Shown here: positions 1-9,735 of the stretch, in pieces | How the letters are laid out: each line of letters starts with the position of its first letter | Numbering within the stretch: position 1 is the stretch's first letter | Source: a virus | DNA length: 64,000 bases | IMG/VR virus record: IMGVR_UViG_3300037222_000038 | Coordinates: 4,897 to 68,896 of that record | Strand: one strand, 5' to 3' | Program-made: the position numbers and the translations under genes | The notes under the pieces: generated by a model | Told to the model about the DNA's origin: nothing | What the model saw: only the letters and a program-made list of their open reading frames with translations | Database searches by the model: none

Positions 1-11
1 GGACGGGCGTC

Positions 12-527
12 GTGGTCGTACTCGACGACAATACGCGGCGCGACATCGCCACTATGAAATTCACGCTCACCCCCGAGATCGTCAAGCTGGCCGAAATCGA
101 GAAGTCGAAACAGCGGTTCAATCAACGCGACTTTCGGCGGCTCTTGCGGATCGACTTGGGAAACTGCCGCATGGATGACGTGCTGCTGAATTGGGTTTCG
201 AGCGTAAAGTTCAACACGTCGGCTTCTCAGGGCGGCGTCATCAAGCAGGGCAAGGAATCTCTCGGCTCCGACATCGACGACGCGGCAATCAGCGACCTCG
301 GGGAATGCCCTGAAGAAATCGGCTTGCAGGTTCGCGTGTTTGACGATCATCGCCTCAAGGACAAGTGCGGCGTGAAGTGCGCCGTCGAAGTGTTCCTGCG
401 CGAAGCTGAATTCACACTGACGCCTATGCCGCTGGAGATTCACACGGCGATCGAAATGGAACTGGATGTTGTGGCCGAAAAATTGCGGTCTGGCGTCAAG
501 GTTCCCGCGTTCCGAGGCCGTCCATAA
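12..527 (+). CDS. Phage protein, possibly DUF2303/YfdQ-like; probably truncated at the window edge
   Basis: Open frame from window start; 'FNQRDFRRLLRIDL' and C-terminal 'VPAFRGRP' resemble the family. Confidence 0.45.
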   Translation: MVVLDDNTRRDIATMKFTLTPEIVKLAEIEKSKQRFNQRDFRRLLRIDLGNCRMDDVLLNWVSSVKFNTSASQGGVIKQGKESLGSDIDDAAISDLGECPEEIGLQVRVFDDHRLKDKCGVKCAVEVFLREAEFTLTPMPLEIHTAIEMELDVVAEKLRSGVKVPAFRGRP

Positions 528-598
528 CCGTATTCGAGTCGTCCGAGACGTGTGTTCTCGGGTATCGCGGTGGATTAGTAACCCATCGCATCGAGACG

Positions 599-631
599 CC
601 CGCCGTCAGGAATAGCCCGGCGGCGGGTTTT
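599..631 (+). terminator. Intrinsic terminator
   Basis: cccgccgtcagg-aatag-cccggcggcggg stem followed by tttt. Confidence 0.7.
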
Positions 632-657
632 GAAACCACTGAACGGAATGGAATCCA

Positions 658-843
658 ATGCTCTGCTTAAAGCGTCGTCGCATGTCGCACACGTTCATCG
701 AAGTCCCGCCATCAGAGACACCGACGACCATTGAAATCGTCATCAACGAGTGCGGCTTATGGGGCGTCAAGCTGGGGATCATTGCTCCCCGTGAAGTCGA
801 GATTGCCCGAGAGGAAGCGATTAAGCAGGTGCCGTCATGCTGA
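658..843 (+). CDS. csrA: CsrA/RsmA-like RNA-binding regulator
   Basis: 61 aa; MLCLKRR start, IEIVI, VKLGIIAPREVEIAREE match the CsrA pattern. Confidence 0.8.
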   Translation: MLCLKRRRMSHTFIEVPPSETPTTIEIVINECGLWGVKLGIIAPREVEIAREEAIKQVPSC

Positions 844-904
844 TACTGATTGCTATTTCCGCTCTGTCGTTTGGGTTCATCGTGGCCGTCTGCTGGGGGG
901 AAAC

Positions 905-1219
905 ATGAGCGACAACTGGCTTGAAAACCTGAAGCCCGGCGATGAAGTCTGCGCTGATCGCAGCAGGATAGTCAAGATTGCCAAGGTGACGAAGCTCCAC
1001 GTCATCACAGAAGGCGGCTCGAAGTGGGGCAAGCGTGGTGGGTATCTGGTCGGTTCTACTGGATGGGACCGATCTTGGATTCGAGAACTCACACCTGAAC
1101 TTCGCGAGCAAATAAATGTCGATCTGGCACGCGAATCAATCGAGCGCATCAAATGGAAAGAGCAGCCGTGCGAATTGATTCTGGCCGTAGCAACGCTGAT
1201 AACGCGAGGCCGCAAGTGA
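905..1219 (+). CDS. Hypothetical protein
   Basis: ATG after G-rich RBS; WLENLKPGDEV start. Confidence 0.7.
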   Translation: MSDNWLENLKPGDEVCADRSRIVKIAKVTKLHVITEGGSKWGKRGGYLVGSTGWDRSWIRELTPELREQINVDLARESIERIKWKEQPCELILAVATLITRGRK

Positions 1220-1581
1220 CTGACAACGCTTGGGGCTGGCTGATCGTAGCAGGCTGTTTCATGGCACTCTGGCTCTGGCCTTGGAAGGAATCCGAGATGA
1301 ACGATGCCGAATCGAAGTCTGTTCGCAAGGGATTGAAGCGTGCCAACAAGGCCGTCGCCCGAATGCTGTTCAGGCAGTTCGGACGGCGCGGTTTGGCGAT
1401 TCCGTTCCGGGCGCGGTTCGACAATGCCGAAGACTTCGAGCCGTGGAATATCGAGATCGGAGGCTACACCTGGGAGTGCATCGACTACCACGGATCGACG
1501 CCGGAGGCAGCCGTGGAATCGTTTCGACGGCATGGAATGGGGCTTGTGAGCGTCAGGCTTATGCAGGGGGAGCGGTCGTGA
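1216..1581 (+). CDS. Hypothetical protein with N-terminal hydrophobic segment
   Basis: GTGA overlap with upstream stop; alternative start near 1298. Confidence 0.6.
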   Translation: MTDNAWGWLIVAGCFMALWLWPWKESEMNDAESKSVRKGLKRANKAVARMLFRQFGRRGLAIPFRARFDNAEDFEPWNIEIGGYTWECIDYHGSTPEAAVESFRRHGMGLVSVRLMQGERS

Positions 1582-1700
1582 CGATCTACGTCTGCTCTGC
1601 CTGCTGCGCAAAGCACCAATACGATCCACGAAAGCGTGAGGACAAGCCGGGATGTCAGCGCTGTGGGTCGAAGAAAATCAGGAAGGAGTCGGCGAAGTGA
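1578..1700 (+). CDS. Small zinc-ribbon protein
   Basis: CSAC...CQRC, coupled on both sides. Confidence 0.6.
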   Translation: MTIYVCSACCAKHQYDPRKREDKPGCQRCGSKKIRKESAK

Positions 1701-2035
1701 ACGGCAACTGCGGCGTGATAATCGAGGATGAAGACCGCGGAGTGATTTACACGCTCGACGTGAACTTTGACGCTCACGCGGAAGAACCCAAGACCCACGA
1801 ATATCCCGGCTACCCGGCGTACACGGAAATAAACACGGTGAAGTGCCGCAACATTGGAGTGATGAGCGGCGACATCGAGACGACGGCGCACATTCTGGAC
1901 GGCAACGAGATTGCGATCGGATCGTGGGCTATCGAAACGTATACGAAGGAAATCGAGCGACAAGTTGAAGAACACCTGTCGAAATTGGACGAACGCGAAC
2001 CCGAATACGATGAGGAAAGGAACTGGCCGAGATGA
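1697..2035 (+). CDS. Hypothetical acidic protein
   Basis: AAGGAG RBS, GTGA coupling. Confidence 0.65.
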   Translation: MNGNCGVIIEDEDRGVIYTLDVNFDAHAEEPKTHEYPGYPAYTEINTVKCRNIGVMSGDIETTAHILDGNEIAIGSWAIETYTKEIERQVEEHLSKLDEREPEYDEERNWPR

Positions 2036-2376
2036 ACGCCAAGACTTTTGAAATCCGCGACTCGATGACGTTCATTCCCGTGCTGGCCGTCAGGCTTTGC
2101 CCGGAAGACGAACGCGACCGCTATCTGTTCGCGCGTGCTGGATATGGGTTGCGACCAGAAGACCAAGAGCAATACGTCGGAATGGCGCGAATCGACGGCG
2201 GCATCGGCAAGTGGACATCGGACCCGTTTGAATGGTGCGACGGTTCGCGGACGCTCCAGGTTGCCCACCAATTCATTACCGACAACTGGAACACGCTGCG
2301 TTCTGGGGACGTTGTTGACGTGCAGTTTATCCTTGGCGAGACCACATCGCCAAAGGTTTCGGAATCGGAAGTTTGA
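2032..2376 (+). CDS. Hypothetical phage protein
   Basis: ATGA coupling, 114 aa. Confidence 0.75.
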   Translation: MNAKTFEIRDSMTFIPVLAVRLCPEDERDRYLFARAGYGLRPEDQEQYVGMARIDGGIGKWTSDPFEWCDGSRTLQVAHQFITDNWNTLRSGDVVDVQFILGETTSPKVSESEV

Positions 2377-2406
2377 CGCACTTCAGTACACCTAAAGGGG
2401 GACATT

Positions 2407-2988
2407 ATGCAGGTCGAAACATTTGAATGCCAAGAGACCGCCGCAGAACCGATCGAGGCCAGCGAAGAAGCCATTGCGATCATCCGCGCCATGGGACTCA
2501 AGGGCCAGGAACAACTCGTATCACCGTGTCAGCGATCTGGCCGCGAAACACGTTCTCCGTACCGACTGATGACGGCCGAAGAACGGTTCGTGTATCTCAC
2601 ACTCTGCCCCGAGCGCACGAAGATCGAGGATTACGCAGATGGACCGATTCCGCTGCGAATTCTCCAGATCGGTTCGCATGCGAAAGAGATCGGCGTCGGC
2701 GAGATGTTGCAGGTCTGGCACAGGTCCGTTCCGGCAGTCAAAGACCCCGTTCTGGTGGCGTCCGGCGAAACATACTTGTCGAGCTACATTAGCTCGTCAA
2801 CGAAGTTCTGGATTCTCGGGCGCTGGGGCGAGGAACTGGAAGCGTTCTCGACGCTCATCAATCGCGCCGTAGTCGTCGCCCGCGAGCGCCTGATTTACGA
2901 AGCGGCGCAGATGACGCACAAAGCCGAAAACATGACGTTCGGCGAAATGGTGAAGATCGGTCCCGGCATCAATATCGAGATGAAATAG
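2407..2988 (+). CDS. Hypothetical phage protein
   Basis: 193 aa, G-rich RBS. Confidence 0.75.
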   Translation: MQVETFECQETAAEPIEASEEAIAIIRAMGLKGQEQLVSPCQRSGRETRSPYRLMTAEERFVYLTLCPERTKIEDYADGPIPLRILQIGSHAKEIGVGEMLQVWHRSVPAVKDPVLVASGETYLSSYISSSTKFWILGRWGEELEAFSTLINRAVVVARERLIYEAAQMTHKAENMTFGEMVKIGPGINIEMK

Positions 2989-2990
2989 CC

Positions 2991-3935
2991 ATGAAACAGC
3001 CCACACTCTTGGACCCGCGCCCAGCGGAATACACGATCCCGGAAGAACCCGCGCCGACAGACACCGCTCTTTCTGTTGTCGAGACGCAGCCTCCCGCCCT
3101 GAAGGACTTCCGCCAGCAATTCTTGATGGCTCCGGTCGCCGTCATGCAGGCCGGTCTTGCCGAGTACAAGGAGCGCCGCGAATCGTTCCGCGAATGGCTC
3201 AAATCGCAACTAGTCGAGGGTGTGCATTATGGGTATCCGCCCGGATGTGAGCCAAAGTATTGCGACCAGAATGGCCGACCATGTCCCGAGTCGGAAGCCT
3301 GGGGAACCGTGGATAAAAAGAACAACGTATTGGCGCTTTCTACATGGACCCCCAAGCCGTCATTCTACAAAGCCGGTGCCGACTTCGTTTGCGATCTACT
3401 GTGGGCGCGTGACGAATACGAAGCCGACATGAACGCCTGGGAGCAACTCGGAAAGCCTGTCGGGACGTTCGTGTTCCGCTGCCGGCTGCTTTCGAGGGCT
3501 ACGAATGAAGTGCTCGGCGAAGGGCGCGGCTGTCGTCGCATCAGCACGAACCGCATGACCGAACAGGAAAACGGGGCCATTAAAATGGCCAAGAAATCTG
3601 CAAAGGTCGATGCCGTGCTGAACACCTGGGGACTCGCCGATTTGTTCACGCAGGATATCGAGGATGGCATGGGACCGGAGAAGCGCCCGAGTCCCGAAGC
3701 AGACCCGAACGCAGCCACCGCCCAGCCGCGCGGCGAGCGTGTCACCGCTGCCGAGATCGAGGCCATTGTTGACCGCTGGAAGAGGTGCGTTGAACCGGGG
3801 ACCGCAACGGCACCAAATTGGAAGTCGTATGTGCTGACGTGCTCGAAAAGGGAGTTCGATCCGCTGAAGGCACCGAACTGGTCAAAGGCTGACTTCGACG
3901 CGGTTGATGAGGCGTTGAAAGCGAGGGGGGCATGA
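2991..3935 (+). CDS. Putative single-strand annealing/recombination protein
   Basis: GEGRG...AIKMAKKSAKVDAVL...LFTQDIED resembles Rad52/Sak-type phage SSAP cores; lies near an exonuclease. Confidence 0.6.
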   Translation: MKQPTLLDPRPAEYTIPEEPAPTDTALSVVETQPPALKDFRQQFLMAPVAVMQAGLAEYKERRESFREWLKSQLVEGVHYGYPPGCEPKYCDQNGRPCPESEAWGTVDKKNNVLALSTWTPKPSFYKAGADFVCDLLWARDEYEADMNAWEQLGKPVGTFVFRCRLLSRATNEVLGEGRGCRRISTNRMTEQENGAIKMAKKSAKVDAVLNTWGLADLFTQDIEDGMGPEKRPSPEADPNAATAQPRGERVTAAEIEAIVDRWKRCVEPGTATAPNWKSYVLTCSKREFDPLKAPNWSKADFDAVDEALKARGA

Positions 3936-4177
3936 GCGTCGAATGCAGGTATTGCAATGGCAGCGGCAGGCTATGGACGGCGTGTTGCAATGGAGCCGAC
4001 GGATGCCCATGCGAAGGGCGGGAAATCGAACTTGGCGCATGCCGCGTTTGCGAGGGAATCGGACAACTCGATTCAGATCCGAATCTCAAATGGCAGGACA
4101 ACCCCAATCGAGCCGTGATTTTGTCGCACTGCCACGGCGCTGGATTCATCGGCAACCCATACGGAGTCTCACGATGA
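3932..4177 (+). CDS. Cys-rich zinc-finger protein (CxxCxGxG repeats)
   Basis: CRYCNGSG, CRVCEGIG, HCHGAG. Confidence 0.7.
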   Translation: MSVECRYCNGSGRLWTACCNGADGCPCEGREIELGACRVCEGIGQLDSDPNLKWQDNPNRAVILSHCHGAGFIGNPYGVSR

Positions 4178-4335
4178 GCGGACCCGAAGACAATCCCGCA
4201 GATGACGTTCAGCCCACGAAAGAGGAATACGAAGCGTGGGAGAGCGAATTGCCGCCGCTGACGGAACCACCGAAAAGGCGAGTTCGCATGACACGCCCAA
4301 CATCAGACGGAAAGCCACGGGAGGACGAACGATAA
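4174..4335 (+). CDS. Small hypothetical protein
   Basis: Coupled on both sides. Confidence 0.55.
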   Translation: MSGPEDNPADDVQPTKEEYEAWESELPPLTEPPKRRVRMTRPTSDGKPREDER

Positions 4336-4664
4336 TGCCGCATACACCGGAACCGTGGATCAACGATGACGGGCTTGTCGCCGGCCGTGAGAGCCGCGAG
4401 CGGTTCCAGCCCGGAGCGTCACACGACATTTTCGACGCCCACGAATGGCCAGATGAACTGCTCGATGAGGCTCTGGCGAATGCCGATCTTATCGCGGCCG
4501 CGCCCGATCTGCTGGCGGCAGTCGAAGCTGTGCTCGCGATTGGCGGCGGCGTGAATCGAACCGATCCTCCGAGAAAATTAGATGAGGCCATGACGTGGCG
4601 ACAACAAGAGGATCTTGTTGCAAAAATGTGTGCCGATGCTGCTGCGAAAGCGAGGGGACAATGA
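4335..4664 (+). CDS. Conserved phage hypothetical protein
   Basis: HTPEPW...ANADLIAAAPDLL pattern common in phages. Confidence 0.75.
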   Translation: MPHTPEPWINDDGLVAGRESRERFQPGASHDIFDAHEWPDELLDEALANADLIAAAPDLLAAVEAVLAIGGGVNRTDPPRKLDEAMTWRQQEDLVAKMCADAAAKARGQ

Positions 4665-5074
4665 AGCGTTTCGACTTAGTTGGCGGAATGATGCGAGAGG
4701 CTGCTGACGGAAACTACGTCCACTACGATGGCGGTGGCCAGTGGATGGACTGCACGGAATCTGAAATTAAGCGGCCTGAGTACCTGCTGTCTCATAATTC
4801 GCGCCCGCTCGCCGACTTCATTCAGGAATGGCTGGCGTCGAACTCGATTACGGACATCAGGACGATTTACCACAACCCGTTTCCGATCGGATTCGTGATG
4901 ACCTGTATTGACAGATACGAACGAGCCGAGCAGCTACTTCGAGAACTCAAACCCGAAAGGTTCGCGCCACACACGCACGTCGCAGGAGACGGCGACAAAA
5001 TCGACACCTGCAAGGCGTGCGGACATGACATCAGGAACGAGATCCATACACGTTTACGCAAGGCTATGCAATGA
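4661..5074 (+). CDS. Hypothetical protein
   Basis: ATGA coupling; C-terminal CKACG..H. Confidence 0.65.
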   Translation: MKRFDLVGGMMREAADGNYVHYDGGGQWMDCTESEIKRPEYLLSHNSRPLADFIQEWLASNSITDIRTIYHNPFPIGFVMTCIDRYERAEQLLRELKPERFAPHTHVAGDGDKIDTCKACGHDIRNEIHTRLRKAMQ

Positions 5075-6117
5075 CCGCTGAAATGTTCGTCGAGCCCGAT
5101 ACGCTCGCGCCCGTAGATCGCTCCACGCTCGAAACCTGCGCCGAATGCCCGCGACAGGCGAGGTTCATCGAAACCAAGGCGGTGCTCAACGTAAACGGCT
5201 TCATGTTCAGTGGCCAGGAATGCCATGACGCCATCGGCGAGGTCATCACCGATTACGTCGAATCCCGCGGTCAAACCGGATTCAAGGATACGCAGGAACT
5301 CTTGCTGCAACGACTGTCGGCGGCGCGCCCGGACGTGCAACCAGACGTTATCAAAGCCGTGGAGAGGTCGGCGTATTCGATTTCTAAGTACCTGCACGAA
5401 ATTCACTGGCAGAATATCCGCTGCTGGGACGGCGGGCGCGGGGAACATTCCAGCCAACTGGCGTATGACTTGGAAGAATTCGGGCTTACCGTGACTAGCG
5501 AGCTCGATTTGCTCCACGACTCGGAATCGTCGGAAGTTCTCACCGAAGTTGACTTCAAATCCGGATTTCAGTTGTGGCGGCACGGCGATGTGAAATCCGC
5601 GTTCCAATTCCAGCTTCACGCCCTGCTTGTCGCCGCGAAGTTCCCGACGATCAAAGCCCTTGAAGTTCGCATCTGGAACACCAGACTGAACTCACTGACG
5701 TACCCCGTGCTGTTCAAGCTCGACTCCGAGTCGCTGTATCCGATCAAGTATCGCGTGCGGAATGCGGCGTTGGCCTATTTCAAGACCCGCGACAAAGCCC
5801 CGAACGACTGCGAAGCGTGGGCGCTTGTCGAGAAATGCGAAGCCTGCCCTGCCGCTCATCTGTGCGATGCCAGCAAGTTCCCGTGCGACGAATCACCCGA
5901 GCAAGTCGTTGATAAGATCGTGGCCCTCGAAGCGCAGGCGAACGGGCTGCGGAAGGTCGCTCAGAAGTTCGTGAAGGACTCAAAACAAGAAATCGTAACT
6001 CCCAATGGAAATGCGTTCGGCCTGGACCGCCCGAAGCGCAAAACGTCACCAAAGTTCGAGGTCTATCAGTTGAAATCCAAGTCTGAAGAATCCCCAACCG
6101 AAGGAGAAACCGAATGA
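5071..6117 (+). CDS. PD-(D/E)XK exonuclease, Cas4/AddB-like
   Basis: N-terminal CP, ELDLL...VDFKSG, QLHA, C-terminal CEACPAAHLC. Confidence 0.75.
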   Translation: MTAEMFVEPDTLAPVDRSTLETCAECPRQARFIETKAVLNVNGFMFSGQECHDAIGEVITDYVESRGQTGFKDTQELLLQRLSAARPDVQPDVIKAVERSAYSISKYLHEIHWQNIRCWDGGRGEHSSQLAYDLEEFGLTVTSELDLLHDSESSEVLTEVDFKSGFQLWRHGDVKSAFQFQLHALLVAAKFPTIKALEVRIWNTRLNSLTYPVLFKLDSESLYPIKYRVRNAALAYFKTRDKAPNDCEAWALVEKCEACPAAHLCDASKFPCDESPEQVVDKIVALEAQANGLRKVAQKFVKDSKQEIVTPNGNAFGLDRPKRKTSPKFEVYQLKSKSEESPTEGETE

Positions 6118-6293
6118 GCGACAAGACTGAATCCAAACCGTCCACGATGCCGCCAGTCGCCAGCGTCGATGCCCAGGACACCGCCATGAAGCTCCGCAAG
6201 CTCACGCTCAAGAAGCTGAACGAACTCACGCCGGAACTGCGGTCGTGGGTCGTGGCCTGCCTCGCGGATGACATCGCGAAAGCGAACGGCTGA
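6114..6293 (+). CDS. Small hypothetical protein (59 aa, below ORF-track cutoff)
   Basis: AAGGAG RBS, ATGA coupling, MSDKTESK... Confidence 0.6.
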   Translation: MSDKTESKPSTMPPVASVDAQDTAMKLRKLTLKKLNELTPELRSWVVACLADDIAKANG

Positions 6294-6321
6294 TTTCCGA
6301 TACCGTCACGGAACCGACATC

Positions 6322-6645
6322 ATGCAACTCGCAATCAACTTCGACAGGCCCATACAGCCACGCGACCCGCACATTGACCCGCGAGACGTGCCGCGCGTGT
6401 CGAGGCAGTGCAGGCTGATCCTGGAGAGGCTGCGTGTGGGACCGGCGACTAATGCAGAGCTTGTCGGGATCGCCATGAACCTTACGGGGAGGATCAGCGA
6501 CCTGCGCGGCGCGGGGTACGTCATCGTCGGGAAGCGAATTGAGGGCGGTCTTTGGGAATATAGGCTGGGAGATGTACAGGAGAAGGGGAATTCATGCTTC
6601 ACATCCTCTTGTCCAGGCTGCATTCTGGAAAGACAACAAATGTGA
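6322..6645 (+). CDS. Winged helix-turn-helix protein
   Basis: ILERLRVGPATNAEL...LTGRISDLRGAGYVI...WEYRL. Confidence 0.7.
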   Translation: MQLAINFDRPIQPRDPHIDPRDVPRVSRQCRLILERLRVGPATNAELVGIAMNLTGRISDLRGAGYVIVGKRIEGGLWEYRLGDVQEKGNSCFTSSCPGCILERQQM

Positions 6646-6720
6646 GATTGTCACTCGAATTCACAAAGTCCCAATGGACCGCTTTGACCAAAAAGATAGT
6701 CTCTGAACTGAACGAAAGGG

Positions 6721-6742
6721 ACTGACATACTTGAAGCAGAAC
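6721..6742 (+). repeat. 22-bp cassette-flanking repeat, left copy 1
   Basis: actgacatacttgaagcagaac, identical to 12567-12588. Confidence 0.95.
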
Positions 6743-6762
6743 CCCAACAAGGAATTACGAGA

Positions 6763-6966
6763 ATGGCAATCACCTACCTGAACCACGAAGTTGTGTTGCA
6801 TGACATGGGAAACGGAGTGGGCATCAGCGTCAAAGGCGAAATGGTGGAAGGCGAACAACTGAACAGACTTGTGGAATGGATGAATAATTCGACTTCGTTT
6901 TGTCAGGGAAAAATCGACATTCGCAACGTCATAGCCCCAGAGCCCGCTCCGCGAGATTCAATGTAA
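6763..6966 (+). CDS. Hypothetical 67-aa protein between inverted repeats
   Basis: AAGGA RBS; stop abuts the right repeat. Confidence 0.65.
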   Translation: MAITYLNHEVVLHDMGNGVGISVKGEMVEGEQLNRLVEWMNNSTSFCQGKIDIRNVIAPEPAPRDSM

Positions 6967-6988
6967 GTTCTGCTTCAAGTATGTTAGT
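6967..6988 (-). repeat. 22-bp repeat, inverted right copy 1
   Basis: gttctgcttcaagtatgttagt, 1 mismatch to reverse complement of left copy. Confidence 0.95.
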
Positions 6989-7009
6989 GCCGAACGAAAA
7001 GTAGCACGG

Positions 7010-7873
7010 ATGGCGAATTACATCGAATGGTCCAAGGGGCTCGCGGATAAGCGCGAGACGGTCATTATGGCCGCTTCTCTGCGGATCGACAGGCACGAGG
7101 CCGCTGGTCGTCTGATGAAGTTTTGGGAGTGGTGCGATGAGAATGTGCCAGAAGAGGTCATCGACAAGGACACTGGGGATGCTGTCATTGTTTTGTCACC
7201 GAATCGCGGTGACACAGAAAAGTTCATAGATCAGGTTGCGTGCATAAAAGGGTTCTCGAAGGCAATGGAAAGTGTCGGCTGGATTGTTCACAAGAGGTCG
7301 GCAATCGTGCTTCCAAACTACGGCAGACACAACGGGTCAACTGCCAAGACTCGCAACAGAAACACGAGAAATCAAGCAAAAAGGCGAGTTCCGACTGTCA
7401 CTAATTTGTCACCGATTGACGGTGACAAAAATGCGACCAACGGAACGGAACATAACGTAACTAAACAAAAATGTACGAACGAACGTTCGTCAGAGAATAA
7501 TGGGAATGAAAAACGAGGTCCGTGGGAGTTCGAGATACCGTTCTTGTCGAACGTCGTGACAGACCATTTGAAGGACGATGCGGCCATTTGTTTCATTCAC
7601 AGGAATTGCACGTCACAAGTCCCAGCCGCTGTTTCTCCAGATGAGACTGGACTCACGAAAATGTTTGCGTGCGCAGTCATTGGGATTCGAGGAAAGACGA
7701 ATCCGTTAAACCTTTTCAAGTCGCTCGTCTCAAATCCATCCAGCACGACGATCGTCGCCGAAGACATGCGGCGCGCCGAATCTCGACTGAAAAAACACCG
7801 AACCTACATCCGCGAGAACCCTGGAATTTATGAATCGAAGTTTACTCCGCTTTGCGACGAGGTGCCGCAATGA
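7010..7873 (+). CDS. Putative replication initiation protein
   Basis: N-terminal 'GRLMKFWEWCD...GFSKAMESVGW...LPNYGRHNGSTAKTR' typical of phage initiators, followed by a low-complexity linker. Confidence 0.65.
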   Translation: MANYIEWSKGLADKRETVIMAASLRIDRHEAAGRLMKFWEWCDENVPEEVIDKDTGDAVIVLSPNRGDTEKFIDQVACIKGFSKAMESVGWIVHKRSAIVLPNYGRHNGSTAKTRNRNTRNQAKRRVPTVTNLSPIDGDKNATNGTEHNVTKQKCTNERSSENNGNEKRGPWEFEIPFLSNVVTDHLKDDAAICFIHRNCTSQVPAAVSPDETGLTKMFACAVIGIRGKTNPLNLFKSLVSNPSSTTIVAEDMRRAESRLKKHRTYIRENPGIYESKFTPLCDEVPQ

Positions 7874-8142
7874 CCCTCCGCGAAGAATACGAATCCGGTT
7901 GCACGATCCTGTGCCTCGCCATTCGCCACAAGACGCATCAGCGGGCGATTCAGGATGAACTCAAGCGTCAGGGCACTCGGATGCGCCCACGTAGCTATCC
8001 GCGTGACTGGAAGGCTGAAAACAACGATCAGATCCTGAGACTGGCCGAGCGCGGGCATACGAAACAGGAAATCGCGCACGCCATCGACTGCTCGGTGCAA
8101 CACGTCGGGCGCGTGCTTCGGAAGAACGGAGTGTTCGCATGA
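7870..8142 (+). CDS. HTH DNA-binding protein
   Basis: ILRLAERGHTKQEIAHAIDCSVQHVGRVL. Confidence 0.75.
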   Translation: MTLREEYESGCTILCLAIRHKTHQRAIQDELKRQGTRMRPRSYPRDWKAENNDQILRLAERGHTKQEIAHAIDCSVQHVGRVLRKNGVFA

Positions 8143-8396
8143 CCCAACAGCAAATCCTCGCCTTCCTGTCCTCCCAAAAGTCACCGCTGACCGACCGGCA
8201 GATTACGACACAGAACCGCCTGAACATCCTCGACGCCGCCGACTGCGAGGGTAGCCTGTTGACGATGCTTTACGCGGGATGGCTGTGTGAACCGAATGGA
8301 GAGTTCAACGGCTGGCTGATAACTGACGCGGGCCTCGAAGAGTTGAAGCGTTTGTCGAACGTGAAGCCGGAAAAGAAACAGGCGGCGCTGTTCTAA
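8139..8396 (+). CDS. Hypothetical protein, winged-helix-like
   Basis: Coupled; WLITDAGLEEL. Confidence 0.6.
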   Translation: MTQQQILAFLSSQKSPLTDRQITTQNRLNILDAADCEGSLLTMLYAGWLCEPNGEFNGWLITDAGLEELKRLSNVKPEKKQAALF

Positions 8397-8454
8397 CCAA
8401 CTCCCGCCGTCCACATATCACAGAGATCATCAAGGAACTCGGGGAGATCGTGAC

Positions 8455-8649
8455 GTGAGCAAGACATTCGATGACGTGATTCAATACCTGAAGCATCGCG
8501 CCGATTTACACGACAGCGATTGGGATAAAGAGCCCGATCTGGAAAAGGGCGTGATTCATCTTGCGTGCGAACGGGCCGTAAAGTCTTGCATTCGCGGATT
8601 GAAGGCTATGAAGAAGCGCGGCAAGATCGACAAGGACTCCGTATCGTGA
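8455..8649 (+). CDS. Hypothetical protein
   Basis: GGGGAG RBS, coupled downstream. Confidence 0.6.
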   Translation: MSKTFDDVIQYLKHRADLHDSDWDKEPDLEKGVIHLACERAVKSCIRGLKAMKKRGKIDKDSVS

Positions 8650-8936
8650 GCCAGAACTACCCGTTCCACTGCGGGACACAGTACATGGACTGGGAAGAGT
8701 CGAACTGCGGCCGGTGTCGCAAGGCGTCGTTCGGCGAAGGGCTGCCGACGTGTCCGCTGCAACTGGCATTGATGACGGCGTGTTTCGGCGACGGCAGCGT
8801 CTCGGATGATATCGCCGAACGTATCGGATTCACGGAGCACGAAGGCCATTACTGCTGGCCGTGCAAGGAACTGGACGACGCGACTAGGCCACAGACGATC
8901 AAGCCGTTGCTAAACCAGATCGAGATGTTTCAATGA
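8646..8936 (+). CDS. Cys-rich hypothetical protein
   Basis: GTQYMDWEESNCGRC...CPL. Confidence 0.65.
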   Translation: MSQNYPFHCGTQYMDWEESNCGRCRKASFGEGLPTCPLQLALMTACFGDGSVSDDIAERIGFTEHEGHYCWPCKELDDATRPQTIKPLLNQIEMFQ

Positions 8937-9247
8937 CTACGGGAGTTAATCGGATGACCACAACAGAAAAAATCGCGTTGATTCCTGAAGCGGATCTGCG
9001 GATGGCCACCGCAGAACTCATTGATGCCGTCAAGGCGCAGGGCTATTTGCCAAAGCTCGGGGGAGCGCCGATTTCAAAAGCACTCCGCGCATTCGAGCCG
9101 TCGCCGATCGACATTGGGAGGGATGCACTGAAGGCGGCGGGACTCGTGCGCGTAAATGGAACTAGGTTTCACAGTGACGGTTCAATTTGCTTTTCAACGT
9201 ATGGCACTAACTGCGAATTCTGGAATCTCCCGGAGTCAGCGACATGA
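8933..9247 (+). CDS. Hypothetical protein
   Basis: Coupled ORF. Confidence 0.6.
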   Translation: MTTGVNRMTTTEKIALIPEADLRMATAELIDAVKAQGYLPKLGGAPISKALRAFEPSPIDIGRDALKAAGLVRVNGTRFHSDGSICFSTYGTNCEFWNLPESAT

Positions 9248-9735
9248 AGCGCACTGCCTTCAAACAGACGCCACCCAAACGTCTGCCAGCCGCGGAAGCA
9301 TTCACGTATCACTGGTACGGCGAAGAATTCCCATACGATGAAATCGGCCGCTGGATGGGTTGTCGCGTGCGGGATGGAAAGTTTCGGATGTTCGCCGAGC
9401 GGCTGGATATTTATGGCAATCTGCAACGGCACCACATTGTCCGCGTGGGGCGCAGGAGACATCTTCGCAGCGTACTCATCGTAGTCACGGAAGAGAATCG
9501 CCACTGGGTGCAGTCGGTATGTCCGAACGAGGGGCTTGTGGCGTGCGTACTGTCGAAGCTCAGAAAAATGGAGTCGCTTGGCGATCCGGCGGAATTCGAT
9601 CTTGATGAGGTCGCTCTGGCGAACGGCGGCAAGTCGGTCAAGGCGGAAATCGAGGCGTTTGTGTTTGAAGAAGAGCGCTGGAGAACATGGCAAGAGGAAA
9701 CACTGGAACGGCTTGGAAAGTTGGTGACGACGTGA
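9244..9735 (+). CDS. Hypothetical protein, possible degenerate HNH
   Basis: MKRT start, QRHHI...H; no canonical CxxC pairs. Confidence 0.5.
   Translation: MKRTAFKQTPPKRLPAAEAFTYHWYGEEFPYDEIGRWMGCRVRDGKFRMFAERLDIYGNLQRHHIVRVGRRRHLRSVLIVVTEENRHWVQSVCPNEGLVACVLSKLRKMESLGDPAEFDLDEVALANGGKSVKAEIEAFVFEEERWRTWQEETLERLGKLVTT

Noticed and set aside
5071-6117. Cas4 as evidence of a CRISPR-Cas locus
   Set aside because: No other cas genes or array; Cas4-like exonucleases near SSAP genes are normal in phages.
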